Assembly: GCA_045601365.1 (NCBI GenBank)
Contig: JAZRZN010000080.1
Location: 7,806-71,805, forward strand
Origin: Clostridia bacterium
GTDB taxonomy: Bacteria > Bacillota > Clostridia > Christensenellales > QALW01
Direction: 5' to 3'
Length of the DNA: 64,000 bases
The notes below the pieces were generated by a model. It saw only the letters and a list, made by a program, of their open reading frames with translations. It did not search any database and had not been told where the DNA came from. Each line of letters starts with the position of its first letter. Position 1 is the stretch's first letter. Below are positions 37,761-46,413 of this stretch, piece by piece. The position numbers and the translations under genes were made by a program.

Positions 37761-39674
37761 ATGCCTTTACCGTATAAACCGCCCACACATCTTGTGGCGG
37801 AAAAAAATAAAGAACCTAAGCCGAAAAACATAAAAGAAGTACCGCGTTTTATCAAAAACACGGTAAAATCATTCTTTTCAAGGTTGTTTTACATTCTTAA
37901 GATCGTGTGGGAAACCAATCCGTGGATATTGGTGCTGATGGTTTTCATAGCACTTCTTCAAGGTGTGCTTCCGCTTGTCGGAACATACATATCGGCTCAG
38001 ATAATCAACAAGATGTCACTGACACTGCAAGGAGTAACGGTGACGCTTGCGGCAATGGGCGTGATGTTCATATATCAGTTCGCATATATGTTCATCAACC
38101 GCATAATCGGTGATGTCAACGGAATAATAACAAATCTTGCGGGCGTGCAGGTATCGAACCATATCCGCCACAAGATAATGAAAAAATCAAAGGAGATCGA
38201 CATTTCAAGCTACGATATCCCTGATTTTTACGAAAAGCTTGAAAATGCAAACCGCGAAGCCGGAATGCGCCCGATACAGATACTCAGTGCAACCCTGAAC
38301 GTTATCAGCACGGTCATCAGCATGGTAAGCTTTGTAATAGTGCTTGCGGGAATAAGCATATGGGCACCGTTCGTAGTTGCCGCGCTTGCTTTGCCGTCAG
38401 CCATAGTAAGTTTTGTTTACCGCAAAAAAACAGTAGCATATATGCGCTTACGGTCAAAGTCAAGACGGCAGATGAATTATTTTTCATCCGTCATGGTAAG
38501 CAAAGACATGGTAAAGGAGCTTCGCCTGCTCGGACTCGGTGACGACTTTGAACGCCGCTATAACGATGTATTTGAAGATTATTTCAAAGGCTACAAAAAG
38601 ATAATAGTTTCCGAGGGCTTGTGGAATCTCTTGCTCGGCGTCGCAAGGATGATAGGCGGTTGCGTGATGTATTTCCTGGTTGCCACGCTTGTGCTTGCCG
38701 GGAAAATAATGATAGGTGATTATTCGTTCTACACAGGCGCGCTCAGTTCAATAAGCAACGGTGTAAGTACTTTGATTGCAGGAACATCGACAGTTTATGA
38801 GGGAACACTGTTTATCGACAATTTGATCTCTTTCATGCATGAGGAAAGCAGGATAGTGCCGCTCGGAGAGCCTGTCATTCCCAAAATGGGAATCGGTCAT
38901 AAAATCGAGTTCAAGGACGTATGCTTCAAATATCCGGGAACGGAGCGCTATGTGATACAGCATCTCAACATGACGTTTGAGCCGGGAGAAACCGTAGCGC
39001 TTGTCGGCTTGAACGGTGCGGGAAAAACCACAATAATAAAGCTTCTTACACGTCTGTACGACCCGAACGAGGGCGAAATATTGCTTGACGGTATAGATAT
39101 ACGCAAATATGATGTAAAAGCACTTTACGCGCTGTTCGGAATAGTGTTTCAGGATTTCGGCAGATATGCGGTCACCGTCACCGAAAACATAAGCTTCGGT
39201 GATGTTGAAAAGCCGATAGATATGGAAAAAATACAGAATGCCGCTTACATGAGCAATGCCGCCGAGTATATCGAACGGCTTCCGAAAAAATTCGATACGC
39301 CTATGATGCGTTTCTTTGAAGAAGACGGTATCGAACCATCGGTAGGTCAGTGGCAGAAGCTCGCTGTTGCAAGAGCGTTTTATGCAGATTCGGATATCAT
39401 AATCCTTGATGAGCCTACCGCATCGCTTGATGCGCTTGCCGAACAGGAAATATTCAGGCAATTCGATGAGCTGAGAAGCGGCAAAACGACGTTATTCGTT
39501 TCACACCGCCTTTCAAGCGCAGTAGGTGCGGATAAAATAGTTGTTGTCAAAAACGGCAGTGTCATCGAGGAAGGCACACATGCTCAGCTTATGGCGCAAA
39601 AGGGCGAATATGAAAAAATGTTCTCAGCGCAGGCTGAAAAATATCAAATGGGCGAACCGATAACGGAGGATTGA
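37761..39674 (+). CDS. ABC exporter, fused permease/ATP-binding
   Basis: 6 TM helices; GLNGAGKT, VFQD, SVGQWQK, ILDEPT, SHR; RBS AAGGAG. Confidence 0.92.
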   Translation: MPLPYKPPTHLVAEKNKEPKPKNIKEVPRFIKNTVKSFFSRLFYILKIVWETNPWILVLMVFIALLQGVLPLVGTYISAQIINKMSLTLQGVTVTLAAMGVMFIYQFAYMFINRIIGDVNGIITNLAGVQVSNHIRHKIMKKSKEIDISSYDIPDFYEKLENANREAGMRPIQILSATLNVISTVISMVSFVIVLAGISIWAPFVVAALALPSAIVSFVYRKKTVAYMRLRSKSRRQMNYFSSVMVSKDMVKELRLLGLGDDFERRYNDVFEDYFKGYKKIIVSEGLWNLLLGVARMIGGCVMYFLVATLVLAGKIMIGDYSFYTGALSSISNGVSTLIAGTSTVYEGTLFIDNLISFMHEESRIVPLGEPVIPKMGIGHKIEFKDVCFKYPGTERYVIQHLNMTFEPGETVALVGLNGAGKTTIIKLLTRLYDPNEGEILLDGIDIRKYDVKALYALFGIVFQDFGRYAVTVTENISFGDVEKPIDMEKIQNAAYMSNAAEYIERLPKKFDTPMMRFFEEDGIEPSVGQWQKLAVARAFYADSDIIILDEPTASLDALAEQEIFRQFDELRSGKTTLFVSHRLSSAVGADKIVVVKNGSVIEEGTHAQLMAQKGEYEKMFSAQAEKYQMGEPITED

Positions 39675-39904
39675 AAATGATAACTTTACTGTGGATCATA
39701 GGGATTTATCTTGGTCTTTCGATTTGTACCGCAATACTTTCCATCTTTGTAGGAGCGTTTTTCAAGGTTTGCTTTTGGGCACTTATCAAACTGCCGCTCG
39801 CATTGATCGTATGGGCGCTTGCAATATGCTGTTGCTGTACGCTCATCCTTATACCGATAGGTCTGAAGCTGTTTTCCGCCGGGCTGAAGCTACTCGTGCC
39901 GTGA
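39671..39904 (+). CDS. Small membrane protein with YccF-like motif
   Basis: RBS GGAGG; C.TLILIPIGLKLF resembles the YccF repeat. Confidence 0.55.
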   Translation: MKMITLLWIIGIYLGLSICTAILSIFVGAFFKVCFWALIKLPLALIVWALAICCCCTLILIPIGLKLFSAGLKLLVP

Positions 39905-39943
39905 CATTTCTTTCCTGCCGTGCTTGACCGCGAACAAAGATAC

Positions 39944-39983
39944 AAAACCGCCGATTTATTAGCAAATGGATCGACGGTTTTTT
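39944..39983 (+). terminator. Intrinsic terminator
   Basis: AAAACCGCCGAT/ATCGACGGTTTTTT. Confidence 0.6.
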
Positions 39984-40046
39984 ATTGGTGTTTTATGAAA
40001 AAATTTTCGGCAAAGCAGTGGATGGTGTTGAACTCGTGGGAAAGAG

Positions 40047-40251
40047 AATGAAGCGTTTGCTTCGCAAACATGAAGCGGCGGCAAATTGAATGAAGACACT
40101 CGCTTCGCTCGTTAATGAAGCAAAATGAAGACGTTCGCTTCGCTCACTAATGAAGCGAAGTCGCCCGCATTTCTCCCGTTCTCTCATTTTCATTTCTTCA
40201 TTAGCGAAGCGTCTTCATTCCTTCATTAGCCCGCTTGCGGGCGACTTCATT
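40047..40251. repeat. Convergent AATGAAG-hairpin repeat array
   Basis: ATGAAG at 40048, 40070, 40090, 40115, 40125, 40150; CTTCAT at 40196, 40213, 40221, 40245; interleaved GCTTCGC/GCGAAGC hairpins. Confidence 0.8.
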
Positions 40252-40252
40252 G

Positions 40253-40280
40253 AAAAAAGCACGCTTTCGCGTGCTTTTTT
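40253..40280 (-). terminator. Terminator of the tRNA-Ser pair
   Basis: AAAAAAGCACGC-TTTC-GCGTGCTTTTTT perfect hairpin. Confidence 0.85.
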
Positions 40281-40282
40281 CT

Positions 40283-40377
40283 TGGCGGAGACAGAGAGAT
40301 TTGAACTCTCGCGCCGGTAACTCCCGACCTACACCCTTAGCAGGGGCGCCCCTTCGGCCAAACTTGGGTATGTCTCC
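40283..40377 (-). tRNA. tRNA-Ser(GCT)
   Basis: GGAGACA acceptor stem, CT-GCT-AA anticodon loop, long variable arm, GTTCAAATC, encoded CCA. Confidence 0.95.
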
Positions 40378-40384
40378 GAATAAT

Positions 40385-40473
40385 TGGCGGAGAGAATAGG
40401 ATTCGAACCTACGGTACCTTGCGGTATCACTGGTTTTCAAGACCAGCTCCATAAACCACTCGGACATCTCTCC
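40385..40473 (-). tRNA. tRNA-Ser(TGA)
   Basis: GGAGAGA acceptor stem, CTGGT-CT-TGA-AA-ACCAG, long variable arm, GTTCGAATC, encoded CCA. Confidence 0.95.
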
Positions 40474-40558
40474 GTATATTAAATTGTGATGTCAATAAAA
40501 ATATATACCGCATAAGTCTGTGCTTAATACACTGGTAATAATCAAAATCAACAAGCAC

Positions 40559-40587
40559 ATTATATCAAAAAAAGATCAGTGTGTCAA
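40559..40587 (-). promoter_or_regulatory. Sigma-A promoter of the tRNA pair
   Basis: Minus strand TTGACA-17 bp-TATAAT with TG. Confidence 0.85.
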
Positions 40588-40773
40588 CAAGAATTTGCGA
40601 TAAATTCAACTCGGTCACCCTATTTCAAGTACCGAAGGCAAGCTGCATCAACACCACGCTCTGTAAAAAACTGCGCGGAAACATAATGTCCCGCACAGTT
40701 TCGTTTAATGATGATATAAAACAATTCTTTGAATCAAATTACCGTTTTATTTGCCGATAATTACTTTTCAAAA

Positions 40774-41442
40774 TCAATGTTCAACAACTTTGATCTCAAT
40801 GTTATCGCCAAATATCATTTTCATGACATCCGCGTAATTGTCTTCGGTAATCTCTTCTTCATATGATGAGACGTGTGTATATAAATTATACTCGCTATGG
40901 CTACCACGATAAAGTTCATAAGATTTCATTTTTGCAATACATATTGTCTTCAAGTTAGGACATTCAGTTAAATTCTTTATAGCTATATCATATATTTTTT
41001 CAGCGCCCGAAATATCAAGATATTCCAATTCAGTGTAATCAGTAACATCAGACAAATTTATATAATCAACACCCGTTATTATCAGTTTTTTTATGCCGGT
41101 TGGACAATATATACTGGGATCATTGAAATACTCACTTTTTCCCGGACACTCTAAATACTCAAGATTATCACAGCCCAAAAAATTACCTATGCTACAACTT
41201 TCCGGAAGGGTGATTGATTCTACCACGACATTGCCGGAAAAAGCGTTTCCGACCGATACGACTTTTTGATTGTTTATGATTTCCGGTACTACTATTTTTT
41301 TATCATTTCCTTTGTATTTTGTGATTTCAATTCCGCCTTTTACATTTTCATATTCATAGATCTCTTCCACATTAGGCGAACAAGCCGTAAGAAGAGAAAG
41401 TACAAAAACTATTGCGAGAAGCCTATAAAGAAATTTTTTCAT
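40774..41442 (-). CDS. Lipoprotein with BspA-type leucine-rich repeats
   Basis: LTAC lipobox; ITKYKG....VVP..I....V.SVG.AF, ITLP, C.NL motifs; RBS GGAGG. Confidence 0.78.
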   Translation of the reverse strand: MKKFLYRLLAIVFVLSLLTACSPNVEEIYEYENVKGGIEITKYKGNDKKIVVPEIINNQKVVSVGNAFSGNVVVESITLPESCSIGNFLGCDNLEYLECPGKSEYFNDPSIYCPTGIKKLIITGVDYINLSDVTDYTELEYLDISGAEKIYDIAIKNLTECPNLKTICIAKMKSYELYRGSHSEYNLYTHVSSYEEEITEDNYADVMKMIFGDNIEIKVVEH

Positions 41443-41545
41443 AAATACCTCCTATAATAAATATATTTTGTTTTTATTTTACTGTTTTCCGAACTATAAG
41501 ATTTGCGATTCCGACACCGCCCCATGCATAATTGTCTACGATGAT
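41440..41545. repeat. Direct repeat copy 1 (gene 3' end, intergenic region, RBS and ATG)
   Basis: CATAAATACCTCC.ATAATAAATATATTTTGTTTTTATTTTACTGTTTTCCG.ACTATAAGA..TGCGATTCCGA shared with 42671-42782. Confidence 0.85.
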
Positions 41546-42673
41546 GTGTAATTCCTGAACGCCTGTAACATTTAAGTCGATATCGAACGGTTTTCCGTTT
41601 TCGGCTATTTGCATATTATCATACAGGCTTTTTCCGTCACCTGATATCTGCAATGTAGTATAATTCGTTTGGGTTGACGTTGAACGGGGATAGACCGTAG
41701 CTGTAAGCTGATTATACTTTCCTTTCAAATCATAATACACATCTGCTCCAGAGCTATAATACGCCTTGGAATAAGTGTTATTATAGATATCTTTATCGGT
41801 ATCATAAGTGAAAATACTTCCTTTGATCGGCTTAACATCAAACAAATTAAGCGGTTCAAATGAAATGTAGTATTCCTTTTTTGCTAAAAGCGTTTCATTG
41901 TCGGGATAAAACTGCAACCCTGCTTGAATAAGCTTCAAAGCTTCTTCATATTTTGTATAATCAGTAAAAGCAGCAGCCGCATCATCGACAAATTTCGCAA
42001 CATGATTTTTCTTGCAGGTATTAAGCGTCGCAAGTATTTCGCTGTCATCGGGAAGGACTTTTGCGGCATCATTCAAACGCGAGATCGCTTCCGAATATTC
42101 ATTCTTATCCAAAAATGTCTTGATTTTGTCCATGACATCCTTTTTGTATGCATCCTTGGCTTGTTGCATTTTTTCCTGTGCCTGCTGATAATTACTGTCT
42201 TCCTCCAATACCTTGCCATATTCACCGATGGCATCGGCATAATTCTTTTGATCCATCAGCATTTCGCCGCTTTGATATGCTACCTTTGATTGCAAAGCAC
42301 TTTGGATCTCAGCAGTTATCTCATGATAATCTTCCACTGTACAGTTTGTTCCTTGGTATACTTTATCGACTGTTTTGACTTTTGTATTTGCGTCGGTATC
42401 ACTTACTTTTCCTGAAAAAATATCATTTTTCAGATCGTTCAAATAAGCTGTCACTCCCGCAGCAGCCTCTTGTTCCAATTCTGCATTGCCTTCGATTTTT
42501 TCGTGATAAAGCTCTATGGCATCAGAATATGCCGCATCGCTGATATAATTCATGAACTTTTTTACCGATGCCGCCGAAACTCCGCCATTACCTTTACCGC
42601 ATCCGCACAGCAAACAGATCACCATGCAAATACATAACAACATTCGAATTGCTTTCAGTACCTTTTCTTTCAT
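41474..42673 (-). CDS. Lipoprotein with TPR-like helical repeats and C-terminal NPCBM/NEW2-like beta domain
   Basis: LLCGC lipobox; Y.DAI/Y.EAI helices; YDLKGKY..L, GDGK.LY, DLNVTGV.EL. Confidence 0.75.
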   Translation of the reverse strand: MKEKVLKAIRMLLCICMVICLLCGCGKGNGGVSAASVKKFMNYISDAAYSDAIELYHEKIEGNAELEQEAAAGVTAYLNDLKNDIFSGKVSDTDANTKVKTVDKVYQGTNCTVEDYHEITAEIQSALQSKVAYQSGEMLMDQKNYADAIGEYGKVLEEDSNYQQAQEKMQQAKDAYKKDVMDKIKTFLDKNEYSEAISRLNDAAKVLPDDSEILATLNTCKKNHVAKFVDDAAAAFTDYTKYEEALKLIQAGLQFYPDNETLLAKKEYYISFEPLNLFDVKPIKGSIFTYDTDKDIYNNTYSKAYYSSGADVYYDLKGKYNQLTATVYPRSTSTQTNYTTLQISGDGKSLYDNMQIAENGKPFDIDLNVTGVQELHIIVDNYAWGGVGIANLIVRKTVK

Positions 42674-42782
42674 AAATACCTCCGATAATAAATATATTTT
42701 GTTTTTATTTTACTGTTTTCCGTACTATAAGACCTGCGATTCCGATGCCGTCGTTCCACAGTGCATAATCGCTCACGATAAA
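42671..42782. repeat. Direct repeat copy 2, an orphan 3' end of a paralogous lipoprotein gene
   Basis: Minus strand encodes FIVSDYALWNDGIGIAGLIVRKTVK* versus IIVDNYAWGGVGIANLIVRKTVK* in the intact gene. Confidence 0.8.
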
Positions 42783-42807
42783 TCCGCATTCAACTCCCGA
42801 CAGCAAT

Positions 42808-43233
42808 TTATGACAATATAATAACAACTACAAGGGCTATAACCATCACGCCAATAGCCGTTCCCGAACACACAACACCGCCGATTGCATAGTTTCTCAT
42901 TTCTTCTCCTTTTTTTCCTTCATATGTTTTCAAAACATCAAGACCGACTTTGGGACATGCTTTAAGATATTTTATGCCAAGAAACATTGAAATTGCAGCA
43001 CTTAAATACATTATTATTAAGAAAGGCAGTGAAGTAGTGAAAAAACAAAATACAGAAAAAGGCACATCGACCGATCCTAATATAAGTGACAATATAGCGA
43101 TTGCAGGTTTCGGGTATTTTATATTTTCCGGAAGTACTGATTCAGAGATAACTGACGAATCTGTTGCCGCTCCGCAGTTTGGACAAAATTTGGTGTCTTC
43201 TGCGATTTCTTTTCCACAATTTTTGCAAAACAT
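42808..43233 (-). CDS. Zinc-ribbon domain membrane protein
   Basis: MFCKNCG......KFCPNCG followed by 3 TM helices; RBS GGAGG. Confidence 0.85.
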   Translation of the reverse strand: MFCKNCGKEIAEDTKFCPNCGAATDSSVISESVLPENIKYPKPAIAILSLILGSVDVPFSVFCFFTTSLPFLIIMYLSAAISMFLGIKYLKACPKVGLDVLKTYEGKKGEEMRNYAIGGVVCSGTAIGVMVIALVVVIILS

Positions 43234-43279
43234 AGTATATTTCCTCCTTTTTTTGACATAATATTTATGTCTTAAACAT

Positions 43280-43308
43280 ATTATAGTCACTTTAATGACT
43301 ATTGTCAA
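43280..43308 (-). promoter_or_regulatory. Sigma-A promoter with embedded palindromic operator
   Basis: Minus strand TTGACA-17 bp-TATAAT; ATAGTCA-N6-TGACTAT at 43283-43302. Confidence 0.8.
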
Positions 43309-43347
43309 GAAAAAAACTATGCTTTAGTATATTGTCGGTGATAACAT

Positions 43348-43566
43348 TTGATAGACTATTCTCCTTTTTGGAAAACACTGAAAGAATCTTCGGAAACAAC
43401 GTATACTTTGATAACAAAGCACCATATTTCAAGCGCCACTATAGACAAGCTAAGAAAAAACAAACCGATAAACACGACAACGGTAAATGATTTATGCCGT
43501 ATTTTATCTTGTAATGTAGAAAATGTGATGAAATATATAGCATCGGAAACGGATCAGTTTTTATAA
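43348..43566 (+). CDS. Cro/C1-type (HTH_26) transcriptional regulator
   Basis: I.Y.P.W.TL, ISSATIDKLR, T.NDLC.IL.C.VE.VM.Y. Confidence 0.85.
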   Translation: MIDYSPFWKTLKESSETTYTLITKHHISSATIDKLRKNKPINTTTVNDLCRILSCNVENVMKYIASETDQFL

Positions 43567-43573
43567 TGTGCAT

Positions 43574-43614
43574 AAAAAAATCTCCCGAGATCATTCAAAT
43601 CGGGAGAACATTTT
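43574..43614. terminator. Bidirectional intrinsic terminator
   Basis: TCTCCCGA/TCGGGAGA stem with A and T runs between convergent genes. Confidence 0.65.
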
Positions 43615-43635
43615 ATTAAGTTGCGATATAGCGCA

Positions 43636-44343
43636 TTATTTTACCAAATCATTCAAATAGGCTGTTTCTTCTTTATTAAGGTATCTCCATTCGCCCGGCT
43701 TCAAGCCCGAAAGCATTATTTCGCCGTGGCGCATACGGGTAAGGTGGATAACCTTTTTGCCGATAGCCTCAAACATTTTGCGCACCTGTCTGTTGCGCCC
43801 CTCATGGATTATTACCGAAAGTGATGTCGTATGATCGGTCATATCGCAGACCTTTACCTTTGCCGGAGCTGTCTTTTCTCCGTCTACCGTAACGCCCGAC
43901 TGGAGCTTAAGCACCTCTTCGCGTGAAATTTCACCTGCGATAACGCAAAGGTACTCCTTTTCTATCTCGAATTTCGGATGAGTCAGATGATACGCGACAT
44001 CGCCGTCGTTGACAAGCAGGATAAGCCCCTCGGTATGGTAATCAAGCCTGCCGACGGGATAAAGCCGTTCCTTTACATCAACAAGGTCGGTGACGGTCGT
44101 TCTGCCCTCGGGGTCGCTTGCGGTGCTGACGACCTTGTCGGGCTTGTAGAGCATTATGTATATGTGCCTGTTCGACGGCTTGATGCGTGAGCCGTCAAAC
44201 ATGACGGTATCATTTTCCTCAACGCATGTGCCAAGCTCGGTGACAGTCACTCCGTTCACCGACACTCTGCCTTCAAGAATAAGCTTTTCGCAGGCGCGGC
44301 GTGATGCCACGCCGCAATCAGCCATATATTTCTGTAATCTCAT
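43636..44343 (-). CDS. rluB: rRNA pseudouridine synthase (RluB/RsuA family)
   Basis: S4 domain RLQKYMA..GVASRR, PVGRLD, HP, EGRNRQVRKM. Confidence 0.9.
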   Translation of the reverse strand: MRLQKYMADCGVASRRACEKLILEGRVSVNGVTVTELGTCVEENDTVMFDGSRIKPSNRHIYIMLYKPDKVVSTASDPEGRTTVTDLVDVKERLYPVGRLDYHTEGLILLVNDGDVAYHLTHPKFEIEKEYLCVIAGEISREEVLKLQSGVTVDGEKTAPAKVKVCDMTDHTTSLSVIIHEGRNRQVRKMFEAIGKKVIHLTRMRHGEIMLSGLKPGEWRYLNKEETAYLNDLVK

Positions 44344-44374
44344 AAAATTTCTCCTCCGTATTTTTCAGCACATT

Positions 44375-45463
44375 TTATTTGCCGAACAAGCTGAATTTTT
44401 TCGGTACGTCATGCGCAAAAATGCAATCGGTTTCCGCTATTTTCGTGCCGTTTAAGAAAAACTCGGTTTTACCCGCGATGTCGCCCAAACAAACAGGCGC
44501 TTTTCTGCACAGCGTCAGCTCGGTCACGCTTTCGACCTTTTCACCTTTTTTGATCGGGTAAAAAACATCTTCTTTTTGTATTATATCACACTTTTTGCTT
44601 TTCCCGCCTAAAATATTGCATGTGCCGGAAAATTTATTTTTCTGCGAAAGCTGTATAAGCCCGTATTCATCAAACCCCTTTTCAAGCAGCTTTTCGGAAT
44701 CGGCAAACCAGTCATGATCGTTCAGCACAACGCACACGAGCTGCATGCCGTTGCGCGTTGCCGATGAGCATAAGCACCTGCCCGCCGCTGTCGTATACCC
44801 CGTTTTGATACCGTTGCCGCCTAAAAATTCGCCCAATATGCGGTTTTTGTTGTGAAGATATCTTACCGTTCCCTCACGGCTTCCGCGTATCTGATGATCC
44901 TGCGTTGCCACGACCTCAGCAAATGTTTCGTCGGAAAGCGCAACGGCACACAAACGTGCAAGATCATTCGACGTGGTGTAATGCTCTTTATATTTCAAGC
45001 CGCACGGGTCTGCAAAGTGAGTGTTTTTTAAGTCCAGCTCATTCGCTGTATCATTCATCAGCTCTACAAACTTTTCAACACTGCCGCTTGTCAGTATCGC
45101 AAGCGCATATGCGGCATCGTTGCCCGAAGCAAGCATCAGCCCGTAGAGCAATTCACGTCCCGTAAGATGCTCGTTCCGCGCAAGATATATCGACGAGCCC
45201 TCTATCCCGACTGCCGCGTCGGGTATTTCATATTCTCTGTCAAGCTCAAGGTTCTTTATAACAAGCAACGCCGTCATGACCTTTGTCGTGCTTGCCATCG
45301 GCATACGATCATCGCCGTTCGATGAATACAGCACTCTGCCCGACGAGCGCTCAAGCACCGTGTATGCAGATGCCGAATACGCTTTTGCACTGACCGTAAA
45401 GCACGCTGAAAAGCATACGGACGCAACAAGCACAAGCGTCAGCGGCAGGGCAAGTCTTTTCAT
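44375..45463 (-). CDS. D-alanyl-D-alanine carboxypeptidase (peptidase S11, DacB-like)
   Basis: ASTTK, SGNDAA, KTGYT; signal peptide; ytfI-ytfJ-dacB-like synteny. Confidence 0.9.
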   Translation of the reverse strand: MKRLALPLTLVLVASVCFSACFTVSAKAYSASAYTVLERSSGRVLYSSNGDDRMPMASTTKVMTALLVIKNLELDREYEIPDAAVGIEGSSIYLARNEHLTGRELLYGLMLASGNDAAYALAILTSGSVEKFVELMNDTANELDLKNTHFADPCGLKYKEHYTTSNDLARLCAVALSDETFAEVVATQDHQIRGSREGTVRYLHNKNRILGEFLGGNGIKTGYTTAAGRCLCSSATRNGMQLVCVVLNDHDWFADSEKLLEKGFDEYGLIQLSQKNKFSGTCNILGGKSKKCDIIQKEDVFYPIKKGEKVESVTELTLCRKAPVCLGDIAGKTEFFLNGTKIAETDCIFAHDVPKKFSLFGK

Positions 45464-45870
45464 TCGGCACACTCCGCCAAATCGGAAGCATTACCTTCAT
45501 CATCGCCGCCGACCATATCCTTTATCTGATCCATTACCTGCGGCACAAGCTCGATAAGCTTGTCGTAGCCCGAGCATTTCTGTATCGGCAAAAATCTTAT
45601 GAGGTCGCCCGACATGACCAGAAAGCCGCTCGGTTTAACTGAAATTCCCGCGCCGCTTCCTCCTGCGAACGGGTAGCTTTCCTTTTTGCTTTGCGGGAAC
45701 TCATACTCGCCGCCGCCGGACGCAAAGCCGAATGCTATCTGCGAGACGGGAATTACGGTAGCTCCGTTCGGCGCTACCACCGCATGACCTATGACCTTGT
45801 CAACGTCGATCATGTTGTTGAGATTTTCCATAGTGGAAGCCATAATGTTTTCAATAGGATGCCTGTCCAT
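45460..45870 (-). CDS. ytfJ: Sporulation/germination protein YtfJ/GerW
   Basis: HPIE, IDVD.VIG, IPVS, GFASGGGE, GGSGAG. Confidence 0.9.
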   Translation of the reverse strand: MDRHPIENIMASTMENLNNMIDVDKVIGHAVVAPNGATVIPVSQIAFGFASGGGEYEFPQSKKESYPFAGGSGAGISVKPSGFLVMSGDLIRFLPIQKCSGYDKLIELVPQVMDQIKDMVGGDDEGNASDLAECAE

Positions 45871-46351
45871 TTTTCTTACCTCCGAATATTTCAAGCACGG
45901 CAAGCAAGATATTTACCGTGTTTGTTTTCAAAATGCATTCTCCGCAAAAACTGAATTTTTTCTCGCCGTAAACGGGATTTACGTCAAGTCTGCCGTTCTT
46001 TCCGACCGAAGCCACTATCGGTGCGGCAAATCCAAAGACTTTTCCGCTGATTATCGCAGTCGATGCCGCATTTCCCGTTCCGATATCGGAAGCTATTTTC
46101 AGCCCCTCGATATCCGCGTGATCACGCACGCTTGTGAATATCCGTGCTTTATCGACCTTGCTTTTTTTGCGTGAAAGAAATGACGCAACGGCTTTTTTTA
46201 CAGTTATGCTTGAGGAAAAAAGCTTTATATCCCAAAGCCCCAAAAGCATAAAGACTGCCTGTATTTCCAATGCGCCGTCTTTCGTGTACGCCGACAGCTT
46301 TACCGTGAAAGGTATCAGCAATACAACAAGAACAAGCAAAAGATAAAGCAC
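45851..46351 (-). CDS. DUF2953/YtfI-like protein
   Basis: GTGNAA.TA..SG motif; upstream of ytfJ. Confidence 0.7.
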   Translation of the reverse strand: MLYLLLVLVVLLIPFTVKLSAYTKDGALEIQAVFMLLGLWDIKLFSSSITVKKAVASFLSRKKSKVDKARIFTSVRDHADIEGLKIASDIGTGNAASTAIISGKVFGFAAPIVASVGKNGRLDVNPVYGEKKFSFCGECILKTNTVNILLAVLEIFGGKKNGQASY

Positions 46352-46413
46352 AGATTTTCACCTCAGTAAAAATTCTGTGCTTATTTTGAAAAATTATACT
46401 TGAAAATTTGATA

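Noticed and set aside
39330-39362. Degenerate ABC signature (PSVGQ) as a sign of an inactive transporter
   Set aside because: Walker A/B, Q-loop and H-switch are intact, and SxGQWQK variants are common in this exporter subfamily
40047-40251. CRISPR array or T-box leader
   Set aside because: The conserved unit is only 7 bp, spacing is irregular, orientation switches midway, there are no cas genes and no T-box consensus
41474-42790. Diversity-generating retroelement (template/variable repeat pair at a gene 3' end)
   Set aside because: Differences include codon indels and non-adenine changes, adenines are lost in both directions, and no reverse transcriptase is in the window
40283-43620. Prophage or ICE integrated at tRNA-Ser
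   Set aside because: No integrase, phage or conjugation genes, and no duplicated tRNA 3' end seen
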